Of a DNA stretch of 64,000 bases, positions 60,860 through 64,000 are shown in pieces (the first letter of the stretch is position 1; every line of letters begins with the position of its first letter). The translations under genes were made by a program, and so were the position numbers. Source of the DNA: Takakia lepidozioides (Eukaryota; Plantae; Bryophyta). Location: contig CM060732.1 in NCBI GenBank assembly GCA_030704615.1, forward strand, positions 14,384,001-14,448,000, written 5' to 3'. The notes under the pieces were generated by a model. The model saw nothing but the letters and a program-made list of their open reading frames with translations, was not told the origin of the DNA and did no database searches.

Positions 60860-63250
60860 CTTTGAACCATTTTTGAATGACCTCATACTTGTTCGGTACT
60901 TGTTTGACGGCATGTACAATATACTGGCAAAGTTTCAAAACAATCAAAAATTGCTGAATGAAGATACCATTGGTTCACCCATTGCAATATTTTAAATCGA
61001 ACTCATACTTGTCCGGTACCTTTAAGAGGGCATGTACAATGCAATGGCAAAGTTTGAAAGCATTCAGAAATCGGCACATCAAGTAACAAATGGTTCCTCC
61101 TATGAACCATTTTTTATTGATCTCATACTTGTCCGCTCCATGTAAGAGGCATGTACAACATACTGGCAAAATTTCAAATCATTCAAATTTTTTTTGATCA
61201 ATGAACCTTTGGTTTATCCTTTTCACCATTAACGATTAATCACAAATAAATGAACAGACGCATAAATCATTTGCCTCCAAATGATTTTGGTTCGCTTTGA
61301 GACTTGGCCAGTATCTTCAATGTACCATGGAAGAGGCCCCAGAGTAATATGAGATCAATCGAAATTTGTTCAATGGGCCAACGGATGGTTGCCCATCCAA
61401 ATGATTTTCGTTCGCTTTGAGACTTGGCCAGTGTGTTCGATGTACCCTCTGATACGTCCCAGTGTAATATGAGATCAATTGTTAACGATTAATCATGAAT
61501 CATCCAACAGAGGAACTGTTGGTTCACCCTTTGAACCATTTAACATTGACATCATACTTGTCCAGTAACTTTAAGAGGGCATGTACAAGACACTCGCAAA
61601 ATTTCAAATGAATCCAAAATCATTTGGCAGGGGAATGATTGGTTCACCCATAGTCAATTTCAGGGGCTGGGCTTGCAATTTGAGGGGCTGAAACTGCCAT
61701 TCCAAGGGCTTCAATTGCCAATTTCAGGGGCTGCACTAGCAATTGCCATTTCACAGGCTACAGTTGCAATTTGAGGGGTTGGAATTAAATTTCAGGGGCT
61801 TCAATTGCAATTTGAGGGGTTGGAATTGACAATTTCAAGGGCTCAAATTACAATTTGAGGGGCGGCCGGGGTTGGTCATTTTAGGGACTGACATTACCAA
61901 TTTTAAGGGCTTGAATTGCATTTTGAATTGTAATTCAAGGGTTACAATGGGCCATTGGGGGGCTAGAATTACCAAAACAATGACATCCAAAGCAATATAA
62001 AATCATTTGATAGCGGAATGATTGGTTCACCTTTTCAACCATTTTTTATTCACGTCATACTTGTCCAGTACTTGTAGGAGGGCATGTGGCTGACACTTGC
62101 AAAGCTTCAAAGCAATGTAAAATCATTTGATAGGGGAACAATTGGTTCACCCTTTCAACCATATTTTACTAACCTTATACTTGTCCGGTACCTTTAAAAT
62201 GGCATGTGAAAGACACTTGCAAAGCTTTAAAGCACTCCAAAATCATTTGATATGTTCATGATTGATTCACCATTTTAACCATTTTAGATTGATTTGAAAC
62301 TTGTGAAAGACCTGTAAGAGGGCATGTACAAGACACTTGCAAAGTTTCAAATCAATTTAAAATCATTTGGTAGGGGGACGATTGGTTCACCCTTTAAACC
62401 ATTTTAGATTGATGTCATACTTCTCAAAGACGTGTAAGAGGGCATGTAGAAGACACTTGCAAAGTTTCGGAGCAATAAAATATCATTTCATCGGGGAAGT
62501 TTCCGTTCACCCTTTCATCCAATTTTGAATTGAACTGGATTTTTACTAAATAAAATGATTTAGAGGGCATAGGATTGTGGGGCGCAATGAGTGTGGGGTG
62601 CAATGATTTTGTTTTTGGCTTGATTTTGTTATGTGAGTTGAACCCTCATACCACCACATCCTTGCCAAAAAATGTACCAAAGAAAAATGTTTGGAAAAAA
62701 ACGTTCATCCTTTGCTCTATGCTCACTATTGCAGAACTCTCTATGAAGAGTGCATGAAGTTGAAGATAACTTCACCTTGGAGTGCAAATGAGGGAATAAA
62801 ATGTGTTTTGGATGCAGACGATGTCTGTTCATGGTGATATTTTGCATGCAACTCTTCATGTTGTTATCAAGCATATGGCTTCAGAATGGAATTAAAAACA
62901 ATTCATGTGCAGGCGAAAGGTTGTTTCTCCTTATGAATTTGAATAACCAATTCAAACAACTTTGTTGAAGTTCAACTTTGGTCCATATGTGCTTAAGTAC
63001 GTACAAATCACGTACACAAAGTTGCAAGCGAAGAAATAATCATTTGCCCCCCGAACGACTCGTTAAATCTTTCAACCAATTTTCAATCACGAATCATTTA
63101 ATAGGGGAACTATTGGTTCACCCTTAGAACCATTTTAGATTGACCTCATACTTGTCCGGTAACTTAAAGAGGGCATGTACAACACACTCCCAAAGTTTCA
63201 AATCAATCTAAAATCATTTGGCAGGGGAACGATTTGTTCACCCATTGACC
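60860..63250. repeat. Interrupted array of a 120-bp AT-rich repeat in both orientations, with a 20-25-bp AATTTCAGGGGCT subrepeat block at 61655-61970
   Basis: AATCATTTG...TTGGTTCACC...CATACTTGTCC...GAGGGCATGTA recurs at 120-bp intervals at 62001-62520, again at 63090-63250, and inverted at 61260-61500. Confidence 0.85.
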
Positions 63251-63413
63251 CGGTGTACACTGTCACTCTTCAAGATTCGCGGGTGTGGTGCTTGATTATC
63301 CCATATGATGGACCCAGGTGCCATGGCCAAGTAACAAACCATTAAAACATTATGGTACGAGACAAACACAATTGAAAACAACATTTATTCAAACATGATG
63401 TACAGTCAGAGGT

Positions 63414-64000
63414 CTACAAGTTTTTATCCATCCTCCAGCAATTTTTGGGCTCAGGCCAATTGAATAGCCCCGTCATGAAACGCTTCACAACATTTTCTAG
63501 TTTGTACCGCAACTCTACTGTGTCTCTACACAAGTTTTCCAGAGCGGAAGCAAAAAAGGTTTCAGTAGACATATCGTTGAACAGACTTGCATCGAACGTG
63601 TTACCCCCATTTATTGCCTGGGCTATCTTCCCAATTGCAAAGGTCTCTGATGGCACGGTTAGAGGGGGCCTACGAGGTGTGCTATCTGACTGGTTGTTGG
63701 CTACATTATGAACAATTGCAATTTCAGGTGCAATCCACCATCTATGTGCAATAGTCTTTATCATCTTGTCTCTGCTCTCGAAAATGTACAACGTGGTTTT
63801 TGGGTCATCCGTCGTGGAGGCCATCCCCCAATCGCATACCTCGATGTACACATCTTCAGACTCTTGTGGAAAATGCAACAAGATGTTGTCGGAGGACATG
63901 TCGTTGTGCAAGAGGTGGTGATTATGGACGCCCATGCCAATTGGGTGCGATTCTGTCGGAATTGAACCAGTCGGATGACCTCCTGCATTTCCTGCTCCGT
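63414..64000 (-). CDS. C-terminal part of an atypical protein kinase domain (continues beyond the window)
   Basis: LLHNDMSSDNILLH (catalytic loop), VCDWGMA (DFG equivalent), WIAPE (APE). Confidence 0.75.
   Translation of the reverse strand, partial: GAGNAGGHPTGSIPTESHPIGMGVHNHHLLHNDMSSDNILLHFPQESEDVYIEVCDWGMASTTDDPKTTLYIFESRDKMIKTIAHRWWIAPEIAIVHNVANNQSDSTPRRPPLTVPSETFAIGKIAQAINGGNTFDASLFNDMSTETFFASALENLCRDTVELRYKLENVVKRFMTGLFNWPEPKNCWRMDKNL

Overview
Repeat-saturated eukaryotic DNA, most likely from a seed-free land plant (PLS-class PPR remnants, GT-AG introns, Ty3/Gypsy elements); no intact host gene is present. The main content is a nest of Mutator-superfamily (MULE) DNA transposons whose transposases read GCM-like zinc finger / DDE / SWIM. 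One complete 12.7-kb copy (28387-41090) has short CATGAGC-built TIRs and an 8-bp TSD (ACAAGCAG). Divergent from its transposase it carries an intron-containing gene of roughly 1,400 aa that fuses a ParB/Srx-like domain (DGNHR) to a bacterial-type beta-class N4C/N6A DNA methyltransferase fold. Its non-coding DNA (intergenic, one intron, subterminal) is filled with GGCGCC-centred palindromes, including twelve 30-bp palindromes spaced 53-54 or 84-85 bp apart. Further partial copies and a diverged paralogous MTase gene with the same intron positions show this is a family-level architecture. It is the best candidate here for an undescribed transposon-encoded DNA-marking or anti-silencing system; that function is inference. 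Also present: a Gypsy 3' end with an integrase-PHD fusion, a solo LTR with a 5-bp TSD and related LTR fragments, a degenerate Gypsy with extra ORFs, scrambled PPR fragments, a LINE endonuclease remnant, several tandem repeats, a kinase fragment and a 500-N gap. All domain calls come from motif recognition by eye, not database searches.
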